Below, piece after piece: positions 13,701 through 24,996 of a stretch of DNA of 64,000 nucleotides. Position 1 is the first letter of the stretch. Every line of letters starts with the position of its first letter. The notes beneath the pieces were generated by a model. It was not told the DNA's origin. It saw only the letters and a program-made list of their open reading frames with translations, and ran no database searches. The stretch spans positions 1,736,001 to 1,800,000 of the forward strand of contig CM114271.1 in the NCBI GenBank assembly GCA_050084515.1, given 5' to 3'. The translations under genes were made by a program, and so were the position numbers. The stretch comes from Blasia pusilla (lineage: Eukaryota).

Positions 13701-14872
13701 GTGGCATGCATACTCAGGTGCAGCAGTTGGTGTCACGTTGTATGGTTTGTGTCCGGGTGAGGGCATCATTCAATGCCCCTACACCACAGTTACATCCCTT
13801 GCCTATTATGGGGTTGGGTTACCGTTGGAGTGTGGACTTTGCAGGACTATTACCGTTGACTGTACGACATGATCGATATGTGTTGGTGATGGTGGAGCAC
13901 TTCTCCAAGTGGATTTAGTTGGTGGCATTACCTGACAAGGCAAGTGAGGGAACGTCGTATGTGTTTCTTGATAGAGTGCTAAGTCATTTTGGTGCACCAG
14001 CTGAAGTGCTGACCGACCCGCGTACAGAGTTTTAGGGTGAGTTTTAGGTCTTGTGTGACAAGGCGTTGATTGATCATCGGACCACGTCTTGAGATCATCC
14101 AGAGGCGGATGGTTTGGTTGAGAGTGTGGTTCAGACGGTAAAGAGGGCATTGCGCAAGTATGGCCTACAGAAGGGACATCTTGGAGACTGGGATATTGAG
14201 TTGCCATGGTTAGCCATGGGGTATAGGTTAAGTCGCCAAGCATCCTTGGCTTCCTTCTCGCCTTATTTTCTGTTATACGGCCAAGATCCAGACTTGCTAG
14301 CAACAATTCTTCAGGAGTCTAATGAGGTGGTGAACCTTGATGACCCATAGATGTGGATGAGAATGTGTTCTCAGCGGGCATAGCTCTTTCGGAGAGTTGT
14401 GCCAATAGCCTTTGAGAACCTTGCCATTGCTCAACACAGGGATACGTTGAGGTATGCAACCATTCGGGGTGGAGGTTATCGACCATCGATTCATAGGTTC
14501 CATGTGGGGGACTATGTCTATTTGCAGCAGATTGCACTGACAACGTTGGATGTGACGGCATGCCGCACTATTTTACGAGTGCGCGAGGTGTTAGCTTCTG
14601 AAGTTCTCATGTTGGAGGGTCGTGATGGAGTTGTTTGGAAGGACCATGTGCGTAATCGTGCGCCATATCATCTTCCAAATGTGGATGGTACTGTTGAAGC
14701 CAGCTTAGCCATGATACGTGCTAGCTTGAGGTGCATGTTGTGTGGGTCTGCTGGTAACGCAACCCGTATGTTGGTGTGTGATCAGTGTTCTAGGGGTTGG
14801 CACATGATGTGTTTGACTCCACTTATGGATGTTGTTCCTACTGGAAGGTGGGTTTTTCCTCGATGTACTTAG
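7704..14872 (+). pseudogene. Element 1 polyprotein Gag-PR-DNMT-RT-RNaseH-IN-PHD (stops and frameshifts)
   Basis: Degenerate zinc knuckles and an RGG tract; protease VLLDSGAQ; RT RRMCGDY, NAPAEFQR, YIDD; RNase H HTDWS..GLGAVL..YASRS; IN HEELGH..CMVC, DFAG, ADGLVE; C-terminal PHD. Confidence 0.92.
10569..11525 (+). pseudogene. Element 1 C5 cytosine DNA methyltransferase domain (DNMT3-like)
   Basis: Motif I VLDLFGGISTG, II YVYVE, IV DLVISGWPCQ, VI YILENV, VIII AHRPRLWWTNL, IX ERERAMGF, X RRHVLGQVMD, in canonical order. Confidence 0.9.
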
Positions 14873-15049
14873 GAGAGGTAGATGACTTGATCTTTGCATG
14901 ATATGGATTTCAGATAGACGACTAATGATGGGGCAACCTAGCACATGGCCTTCTGATTTGTGCACCCAAGAAGGTGTATAGCATGTAGTAGATGTATAGG
15001 GCTACCCGAGAGTTAGAGGGACCTAACCGCCAGTGAGGGGGGGGCGAGT

Positions 15050-15629
15050 TGTGGTACACTTGTGTTTGTGCATGCTCTCATCTATGTTATGTATGTATGT
15101 GAGTATGGTATGTCATCGATGTATGTTGTATGACGATGTGGATTCGCACGACAGTTGTCATGACCACAGGAATTATATCGTAGAGTATAATGTGCTAGTA
15201 GAAGCCATACCTTATGTAGGGCTGTAGTGTCTAGGTAGAGATGCGGTTTCATACATAGGGTTGGGGGTTACTCCGTTGAGGGTGACTTTTCCAGTAGGGC
15301 CCGCTCTTAGGTTGGAGGATATAGTGTGGAGTGCACTCAAAGAACAGTTAGTTCTTTGAGTTGAGCCTGTTGCGTTGGGAGTTAGCCTTGGCAGTGAGTA
15401 GAGCTCTTGGCTATGGTGGTTCCCGCAAGCTTCGACCTGGATTCTCCCATCGTGGTGTGGGTTTTGCTCGATTGTATGTGATTCTATACGTGTTTTATGA
15501 CAGTAGGCCTTTCACGGATTTCAATTGTGGTACACTTGTGTTTGTGGATGCTCTCGTCTATGTTATGTATGTATGTGAGTATGGTATATCAACAATATAT
15601 ATTGTATGACGATGTGGATTCGCACGACA
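15050..15629 (+). repeat. Element 1 3' block B1-A2-B2
   Basis: B1 15050-15153 and B2 15526-15629 are both 104 bp. The B1/A2 junction is GACA-GT-TGTC. Confidence 0.92.
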
Positions 15630-15702
15630 GTATAGAATAGATTGTTTTATGAGGTCCCAAAATATTGAAGTGATAAAAAAAGAAACGAAATAAAGAATTC
15701 TT

Positions 15703-15940
15703 ACCTTGCATCGAGATAATGTGAGGTTGCATCAACAACATCCATTGTCATGGACGTAGTTGCATCATTTGACACCTTAAATGAGATGGCATGTGATTCC
15801 TTATATACATATTTATATAAGTATTTCAGAGCATAAATGATATTAGTGATTTCCAAATTGACATGACAATCAAAGAGAGTAAATAATAAAGGATTATAAG
15901 GAACAACCCAAAAATTATCCAAAGCTTGATCGCGCTTCAT
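15703..15940 (-). pseudogene. Helitron Rep exon upstream of the retroelement insertion
   Basis: DNFWVVPYNP..FDCHVNLE...KYLYKYVYK...YLDAR followed by a GTAAG donor. It joins YISSSQACWR near 5790 to give the canonical YLDARYIS..ACWR. Confidence 0.8.
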
Positions 15941-18930
15941 TATCTTTATATATATATATATTTAATATAAAGAAGAGGAATAAAACATTAAGATTTTTCC
16001 TTAAAAATATGTATAAATCATTGCAAGATAAAAAAAATTATACATGGGCATAGATTGCATACCTTCGATAAGTTGTGTCGTAGTATGTGATTGGAAATAT
16101 TCATTGGGAATCTTAAAAGTATGAGTTGTGCACCCGTTGTTGATAAAATTATCATCTTGCCAAACTATTGAAGTACTTTTGGAAAGAACATTGCGTCTTC
16201 CATCCTCGAGAAGAATAAAATCATTCTCAATAATTTTTGTTGCAGTATGTAATTGGAAATCATCATTGGGAATCTCAGAAGTATTATCATGAGTCATACG
16301 CCTGAGAAAAGAGAGTGGAAATTGTAAATTTTTAACTAAGTCAATGACAAAAGAAATTCATGAAATGATAAGTATAGTGAAAGATTACATTCCTTGCAAT
16401 AGTATTTAAAGTGTTCATTGGAATATCCTCCATCATAGTTGGTAGAGCATCACAAATGGATTGAACAATTGAGGTAGAAGAATCATGTCTTCCTTGTAGG
16501 GCTTTCCTTTTTTTGTTATGCTTAAGTCTCGGCACAAATAAGTCGTTTTCATTTTTGTGCCTCCCCGCGTAACACCTTCCGGAAATCATGTATAGAAATG
16601 GGATTTGATGGAATAAGAATTTTGCAAAGAATGTTGCAAAGATAAAAAGTTATTATCAAAAAATATCAATGGAATTGAGTATGCATACCAAAGATGAGTG
16701 GGGAGATGAGATGTATGTGCCATAGGCAAAACTTACGTTGGTGATGATTCATTGAGTTTCGGAGGTAGTTTTTTTTTTCAATTTGCCAACTTTTGAGCGA
16801 GTAAAGCTCGATTTCATTTTTGTCCCTCTATGCGGAGTACCTTTCGAAAATCAAATAAATTTGTTGGATTTTCTAGAAGAGGAAGTCTGGGAAAAAAAAC
16901 CATAGGAGAATTGCATAATAATAAACCCTAAACCCTAAAAAAAAACCATGCAAAAATTACATAACAATAAAAAAACCATTTGAATAAATGTTGAGAAACA
17001 CACAAAATATATCACTTGTAATGTGTTTCGTACTCGTGCATGGCACGGATACCTTGCATACGTCGGAGAGATTTTATTGATTTGGGTATGAAGTATTTCA
17101 ACATATCTTTGTGTAGGCGGTAAATTGGTGATGTCGCGTAGTGTTGAATTCTCCATCATGCTAATATTCATGTACACTTATCTGCTCAATACGTAAGCAT
17201 CAAACGTTAGGAAGTATAAGAGAATCAAAAAACATATGTACGGATTAAAGTAAAGTTTTTAATTAGTATCAAAAAATGATATGTGTGTACTAACTATTTG
17301 GGAATAAATTAGTAGAAAGAGTTTGGAATATCGACAGCCCATAAACAATTGAGGCAAACCCAATTTTATTCCCCAATGATTTTTAAATTTTATTGCTAAA
17401 ATTTGGAAATCATTAATTGATAAAATTGGAAAACAAGTAAGGGATCAATTAGGGGGATAATGGAAAAAAAGTTTAATTTTATAATATATGGGGGAATAAT
17501 AATGAGGAAAATGCATGAGGATATATTAAGTGCGAAATTTATTTTTTAGAAAATATGGAAATAAGGTGGAGGGAAGGGGGTCGTGCAAAACAAAGTCAAC
17601 CGTCGGATATTTTCAATTGCGACAGCTAGATCTAGGGATTTTGAATCAGACGGCCTACCCATAAAATCTAGATGAAGTCGTCTGATCTTCACCAAGATTT
17701 TCACCGCATACTACGCATGCAACTTTGAGCCTGGAGAATGGGAATGGGCGGGAGAAGCCCGCCAGAATTCATTTCTGTCTCCTCACCTCGCCTCAAGTGC
17801 GCTTCCCCTCGCGCGCTCGCCCCCAAGCATGCATATCCCCTCGCGCTCATCCCCTTGCACAATTGCGTTTAGTGTGGTCGCCCCTCGCGCCTTTCGTTGC
17901 CTGCGCTCGCCCCTCGCTCCAAGCGCCCTCGCTGGAGCCACACTTGCTGTTGTTGTTGTCGTGTGCCTTGACCTGATTTTTTGCACTGCATTGGCCCTTC
18001 AATGTGCTCCCACCTCCATCTTTGGCGCCCTGCAGAAGCTCCTATTTTCTTTGGCAATCGCTCTCGGCCGCATTGCCCATAGTTGGGATTTGCTAAGTGT
18101 TTACTCCCGTCTGACCTGAGCACGCCCGCCTTACCTTGAGCTCAATTTTTTCGATGCCTCATAGCCTTGCCCTTGATCGTAGTCCGCCTTCACTATGAAT
18201 TTCCTTTCCTTGTTGTCTCAACTTTTTTATATTCATGTTCACATTCTTGTACATGTTATAATCTCATTTTGGCCCTGAGCGCTCCCGCTCAACTATCCGT
18301 TTAGCTATTGCTTTGATTTTGTTTATCATTAGTGCATAGGGGAAGAGCCTTTACTTTGCAGAAAGCAAGCTACAAGGAAGGGGAGATCGAAATGGTTGGG
18401 ATCATATTGATTCTCTAATACTCTTGTTTTTCATAGAGATAGGGCTCACCACTTGGTGTATATTATCTTCTTCTCCTTTGGGTTCTCAATCAAAATCCAA
18501 GTTTGATTTCTTTGAATAACGTCCAACCCTCAAGGCACTCTCAAAGTTCCGAATATGACTAACTTTCCCGGAGGTGCCACAATGTTCTACTGAATGCGAC
18601 AAAAGCTTAGATGCTTGGCAATAGACTCTCCCAATGTGTCAAAACCCTAATTTCAAAATGGACTACTTAGGCGGTGATTAAGATCAACGGCTACAAATAA
18701 GCTTTCTCCATAACGGTATTAATAGTTAAAACTGCTCCATTCCCGCAACTCAAGGAATATAAACATAAGAGTAGAAACATATGGTGTGGAAATTTCAAGT
18801 ATACACGTTGTATTTTTAAGGGACGCCCAAGAGTACACATGCAACATGCCAGTGCATGGGTTGATTTCATAAGCCACGCGTTACTCAACGGAGGCTTCCT
18901 CTAACCCAATCCTCCTATAATAGTATAGAT

Positions 18931-19591
18931 GACTATCGGAATAATCACCATGTTAAAAAACACTTCTAACCCAACTTCGGCTCTTTTAAGTAATTACACT
19001 CCTCACTTAAATTTTAAATGACATTCCACTCCCTTCGATGATTCCACCCTTCCATAAAATTTAGAAAGTATATACTCCATTCCCATTAAAATATATTTTC
19101 ACTTCCTATGAAATATGATTCAAAAAAGAATATTAATTTTTTTGGGTATATTTATTTTATAATTTATTATTATTTCACTTTTGATGATCCATTATAGCAT
19201 AAATTATTATTTCTATTATAATTATTTCTATTCCATTAAAATTCACTTTTCTACCCATCTTATAAGGTCGAGGAAAACAAATTCTACCCATGTTGCCTAT
19301 TTTGTCATATTATCTTACTATTTTGTTGTATCGTGCATATGTGTTCGCCCATTATAATAAAGATAGAACTTGTTCTATTACTAGAGTGTTGTCCTTGCTA
19401 TGCATGGGTGACATTGAATTTTTGAAAAAAACAAATCTATCCGTCCCCTCTTCTTTTTCCCTGCTCACTCAATTCACATTGATTTCCCTTGTGTTAACAT
19501 GTGTCAACACCAAAAAAAAAAGCCCTCAAGGGACAAATGTCAACAAGAAGAGGATGGATTCTCTAACCCCATCCTCTGTTAGTAGTATAGA
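18931..19591 (-). mobile_element. AT-rich segment ending in a second Helitron-type 5' terminus
   Basis: The - strand reads A|TCTATACTACTAACAGAGGATGGGGTTAGAG at 19591, resembling the terminus at 18929 (TCTATACTATTATAGGAGGATTGGGTTAGAG). Confidence 0.45.
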
Positions 19592-21099
19592 TTAAGGGAG
19601 GAGGATTTCTTGGCTAAATTTTAAAGTTAGCAAGGAATTTATATAATTACTTACAAGTAGAGGCATTGCCACTAAAGGGCCCTCTTTCTGTGTCAGGGTA
19701 GGTGACTGACAAGAATATCACTGGCTTCATCTGATTCCATGTGTGATTGCGTTGACAAGGTGAATGAGGTTGATTCTTCCGTCTTTGATGTTGTGGCGGT
19801 GAAGGGTTGCTCTAACAACACTCTCCGAGGATTGTCCTAATATTCTATGACATTGGAACCCATTTATCGTCTTCTTGCTTTTCCTTTTCTACATCCTCTT
19901 ATGTTGGCTCATCAACTTACTACTCATATCGCTCATCCAATGGCAACAATAGCTTATCCGTGAAGATAGGATGTCATATGCCACAAAAGTCCATTCTCTA
20001 TTGGCTCATTGGCCAAAAAACTTTATCGACTCCTTTACAATGTCCGCTCCATCCGGACTGGGCATACTTTGCTACAAGACAAGAATATAATTAGTTATAC
20101 CACAAATATTCTAGAACCAAATTCAAAGACAATACATATACTGAAGAACATTCCTATGGCATAAGTGGTTGTATTCTCATATACCAACTTCTGGAGCATC
20201 TCATCCATCATCGCAAATACTAATGTTGCATCCACATTGACATTTGTACTATGTGATAAAAAAATATTAGTACTAACAAATTATTTCATACCAAATTTTA
20301 GTATCGAATGCTTCCTCTGCCCGCCAACATCTCCCCCACATAACCTAACATATATGTCAAGGCTCCATCCACCATCACCTAGATCCCCATGTCCATATTA
20401 GCAGCCATTGCATAAACTACTGCTCTAATAAATTAATGGAATCATTTTTCCATCCGCATGTGGAAAACCCCTTTGAATCACTAGTAGGTGACCCACACCC
20501 CTCATACAAACCCCTCAACAAACGTTTCACGACTTCATTTTGTCGTGACGTATGTGTTGTGGTTAACTACTGCTTGATTCCATGCTTTTCCAAATATTTG
20601 TTGATTTTCTTTTAAAAAAAATCATTTTCAATATGTGTGAAGCTTGTGTACCGTATTTCTTATCTCATTCTCAACGAGCTTGTGCCATACTTTAATTTCT
20701 AAAGAGCACTCGTCTTATCTCAAATAAAGTACAACTCCATCTTCCAAGTATAATAGTTGACAACTTGAAGAAAGTAGGAAGAATCCACTGATACATATTG
20801 ATATGTGCGACCATCCTAGAATTTTGCATGTAACTAAGGAAAGGAAAGCTTAGGTGGCAAATCTTTCATGTCATAACTTACTTATGGATTTTTACTCACA
20901 ATTGTTGTGAAAGCACACAACTTGAGTTTTATGCTTAAGCTCATAGATATTTCCACAATGAGTACCTTCTCCCATTACTTTTTTCCATAACGTCCTCAAT
21001 GAATATTCCATATTTTTTGAATAAAAAATTTAAGTCAAATTCACATATTGTTGCAATTGAAAGCAAACTTTGTGAAATAGCCTAGATGAATACATCCAC

Positions 21100-22100
21100 A
21101 ATTTCATTGCAGCTACAACTTGTCATCTTGGGATGATGTTGCCAAGAGTGTTGCAAATGTATACAATCAATCCTTGAGGTCAAAGCCAAGAGTTATAAAT
21201 TTGGCTACTTTTAATTTTATCTCCTCTCAACTCTTAGGTTTGCTGGGAGAGGAAGAGTTTTCCAACACACAAGAGATAAAATTATGGGAGAACTTGGTAT
21301 TATTGGTTAATCTAGAGAATTTGTATAATTTTCTTAAACGAATCAGGGGTCTTGATGGAAAAACTGAAAAAAATGGATGTTATTGTACGCATCAAAGCAA
21401 ACTCTCGATACCCATTCATTCAATGTTTCCAATTCATGGGCCAAGGAGGGAAAGAGGCTTATGCATTTGTGTTCAAAATGTCCACAACAAGTCCATCTAG
21501 CAATCTAGATCTTTTGGATAGAATGCGCCATGGAGCGGATCTCCATGAAGTTGGGTTAGCTTTGATGTGCGTCATAGGCTTCTCATGATCAATGGGTGAC
21601 ATACACTAGGTGTGTATGTTTGTGATCACGTGAGGACAAGGGTTTAAAAATAATTTTCATTTGTGAGATTTGAGGAGAGGATGTTGCGAGCATGAGAATT
21701 TGTTGGGAGCAATTGTTAGAAGTGGTGAGGGAACATGATAGGCCACCTCCCAAAATATACAGCTTCATTGTAGACAATATGGTGCTTGGATGGATAGTTA
21801 TTTGAGAAGTGTTTTGGGATAGAGGTATCCAACCAGAATGGGAAAGGTCTAATACATTCCATTGGAAATAGTCAACGGAAAGATACACAAAACCTTGCAT
21901 AAAAGATGCTAGACAAGTTGAGGACGAGCATCTACTAGAAAAATATCGTAAAAAAATCACCTTAAAGGATGCAATTAAAGTAAGTTCAAGATTAAATACA
22001 TGTTTGGTGGCCATAGGATGCCTTTATGGGAAAGGAGAAGTGTTCTTGTATGAGTTTGTGGGCTGCTAGGATGCAAAAATGGGGGAACTTCATGCTTACA
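21100..22100 (+). pseudogene. Highly degenerate transposase-like remnant (possibly MULE-type)
   Basis: Broken frames including AFVFKMS...DLLDRMRHGADL and ERSNTFHWK*STERYTK. The family assignment is from recall only. Confidence 0.3.
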
Positions 22101-24059
22101 ATGCATGCTCTTGCATTTGCGTTATAATTCCCAATAGGTTTTGTAGGTTGGTGTCAAGGGAAACCCATCACTCTTTGACAAGTTGCTCTAGAGGAGCGAG
22201 GTCAAATCACATGTGTGCCTCCAATCTTTGCTAGTCTATTTTGTTAAGGTTAGCCCATCATTTCGCAACAAATCACCCTTGAGTGAGCTTTTGAAGGTTG
22301 ACTGGTTAGTGGACTATAGGTTGAGAGCTCAACCTATAGTCCACTAACCATTCAAACTTCAAAAGCTCATTTTGATCTAGGAAATCCATCGCTTTACACA
22401 TGTATACAAAATACATGACCAATCTTCCAAAAAATGGGTAGGTCCATACACATACAGAAACACACTCATACAAATACACCAAGACCACACGGTCGTCCCC
22501 TAAATTGGCAATTGGATCTCCTAACTCCAAGTAACACACATCCCATGAACATGACTTGCTCTACTACCACATATGCATTTAAGAAATAACCATTATCTTG
22601 TGGGAACCACATCAAGAGGAGAGCTTACACATGATATGTGCCACCATCCAACGATCACACGTCAATATGGTGGTTGCATCCCTTGTAGATCTACACAGCT
22701 CGCATGTACTACTTCCAAGCTCACATCAATTTTCTAGTTTTTGGCTTTGTTCATTGAGGTCGAAACAAAATTGAATATTTGTTGGCGCAAGTCCTAACAA
22801 TCCATTGTAAAGCAATAGATTGTGGTTCCAACTCTATACTCAAGGACAAACGGCACGATACATAGAATCATAGTTTTGGACATGATACTTCCAACCCATA
22901 CCATCTCCTCCCTCCAACATGAGGACTCCGGTAGGTAACACGTTGCACATATACAAAATTTTGCACCATGCAGTAATATCTAGCATCATGGGTGCGTGTC
23001 ATCTCTTGTAAGTGTACATTATATTTGGGATGGAATTTCCTAATCCTTAGATAATATTCTCCTAAAAAAATGGTGACAAATCGAAAGATGTCTCGATGCT
23101 AATCAACAACTAAGTTCTCAAATGTGTCATGCGTATGCATAGGCAATTGAGAGGAAAGGCAAGGACTCTATAGAGTCCTTGCCTTTCCTCTCACTTTTTG
23201 TTGGTATTGGAACATAGCTTGGGAAGTACCTCTGATGTGATTTTGGAGCTTAGGTGGAGTAAAAATAACGTGCTCAATATTGGGGTTTGTTTTAACATCA
23301 CTAAAGGGACTCTTGGGTGAAAAGCTCAACCTTGTGCCCCATTTAGGGATTTCTTTGCACTCAAAGTTGGGAGTGCATTTACTCTCGAGGTTGGGGTTGA
23401 ACATAATCGCATGCTTGGATATTTCAAGATTATAAGGTGTGTTAGGTGAAGTCACTCCATAATTTTGTTGGACAGAGACGGATGAGTGAAGAGATGTTGC
23501 TTCTTTCCCTTTCCTTCACTGGATTTCATAATCGTCCTTCTTAAGGTCATTTTCTTCTCATCTTCTAGATTTTCTAAGAATATTAAGATAAGAACAAATG
23601 CAAATGATTGATATTTCTCTTGAAAAAAAGGGAGCAAATCCTAATTGCTTAATATAGGAAAATTAGATGAGAATTCATGTAACTTACTAAGATGGAGATC
23701 TCTGTATGTTTGCCTACAATTGGCAGTTTGGAGAGTCGACAATACACAAAGTAGTTAGAAGTGTGGTTTTTTTGCCTTCCATCATAGGATACTTGAATTA
23801 GGATAGTGTATTTTTCAGAGTCAAGTAGTTAGAAAGGTTCAATAGACATATCTTCATTTATTGAAGCCCACATTGAATCAAGGTGGCGCGAGAAAATAGA
23901 AGACATCTAAAGATCAACAGTCTCCATTTCATCTAGCAATAAATGTTGAACTCACTTGAATTTGAACGTGGCAGAAGTTACCTATGTTGCACAAACGGGA
24001 ACTAAAATCTACCCTAAATAAAAACAGGTGTAGAAGGAGACATGTGTCAGAAGGAGGGC

Positions 24060-24996
24060 CCACTTTAGAAGATGCATGTTGCAATAGAGGTGATTGCTAT
24101 GCGATAGGCATTCATGATATGGACGACATTAATGCAAATGTTATGTCGAGATTTATTGGAGAGGTAATCCTTCTAACATATCTACAATTTATTTTCTTAT
24201 GGGAGCTTTGTTTTTGGGAACAAGGGTAGATAGTAATATAGTAAATCTCACCAATTCATTACATGTTATGTACATGAGTATATTTATCTCAGTGTCGACT
24301 CTATTCTGAATGAGGGGATGAGTCGTATCTATCTAAGTGAATTTTTGAACATATGCTTGCCTTCCGGATTTCCTCCTCATCGTTTGTGTTTGAAGATTGG
24401 TGACCAATCATGTTCTTACGAAACATGAATGGATCACATGGAAAGCAAACGAGATAAGATTGGCGATTTGTGGATTCATGCAATATTGCATAGATGCTGA
24501 AATTATTCCATGGAAGAATATTGGAGATTGAGTCTTTATTCCACATATACCATTGATTGCATCGGATTCCGGTTTGTCATTTGATTTACGTAGGTTTCAA
24601 TTCCCTATTCGTCCACCTTTTGTTATGACTATTAATAAGTCTCAAGATCAACCGTTGCAAAAGGTTGGCATTTACTTGCCTACTCCTGTATTTTCTCATG
24701 GTCAATTTTATGTAATATTATCTAGGGTAGGGAAGAGAAGTTCCATCCACGTACCATTGGAAGTGATGAACATTCAAATTAGGAATGTGATTACACACGA
24801 AATATAATGTATAAAGAGATACTTGGATGAAATAAATTTTTGATCTGCAAACATTTTTCTATTTGACATATGCCAACAAGAAAATATTTCACATTTAATG
24901 GACAACAAACAAATTTTGAGTGAATCAATATTAGTGTCGAAAAAAAACTTCCTAAACGTTTTTATATTTCCTGTATATTGCAGGGGCACTTACTAG
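24060..24996 (+). mobile_element. Helitron 3' fragment: Pif1 helicase C-terminus plus 3' terminus
   Basis: [47 protein letters not shown], an imperfect hairpin CCTGTATATTGCAGG, then CACTTACTAG|T at 24996. Confidence 0.8.

Larger units (their letters stand above)
5836..15629 (+). mobile_element. Element 1: Ty3/Gypsy-order retrotransposon with split direct repeats, DNMT and PHD
   Basis: TSD GTAT (5832-5835, 15630-15633); ends TGTCA...GACA. A1 5836-6203, PPT 15035-15046, B1 15050-15153, A2 15156-15523, B2 15526-15629. Confidence 0.93.
2352..18929 (-). mobile_element. Decayed Helitron (RepHel) hosting two nested retroelement insertions
   Basis: On the - strand the 5' end is A|TCTATACTA at 18929 and the 3' end is ...CACCTTACTAG|T at 2352. 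Internal Rep and Pif1-helicase remnants are present. A second candidate 5' end exists at 19591. Confidence 0.7.

Noticed and set aside
15050-15629. B-A-B read as a tandem or truncated neighbouring LTR element, or as an assembly duplication
   Set aside because: The same layout occurs in four elements from three families, each with an exact TSD, plus an A-B solo. B1 and B2 are also diverged rather than identical.
5836-15629. Classification as a DIRS/Ngaro tyrosine-recombinase element
   Set aside because: The element encodes a protease and an HHCC-DDE integrase, has a PPT and TSDs, and shows no R-H-R-Y recombinase ORF.
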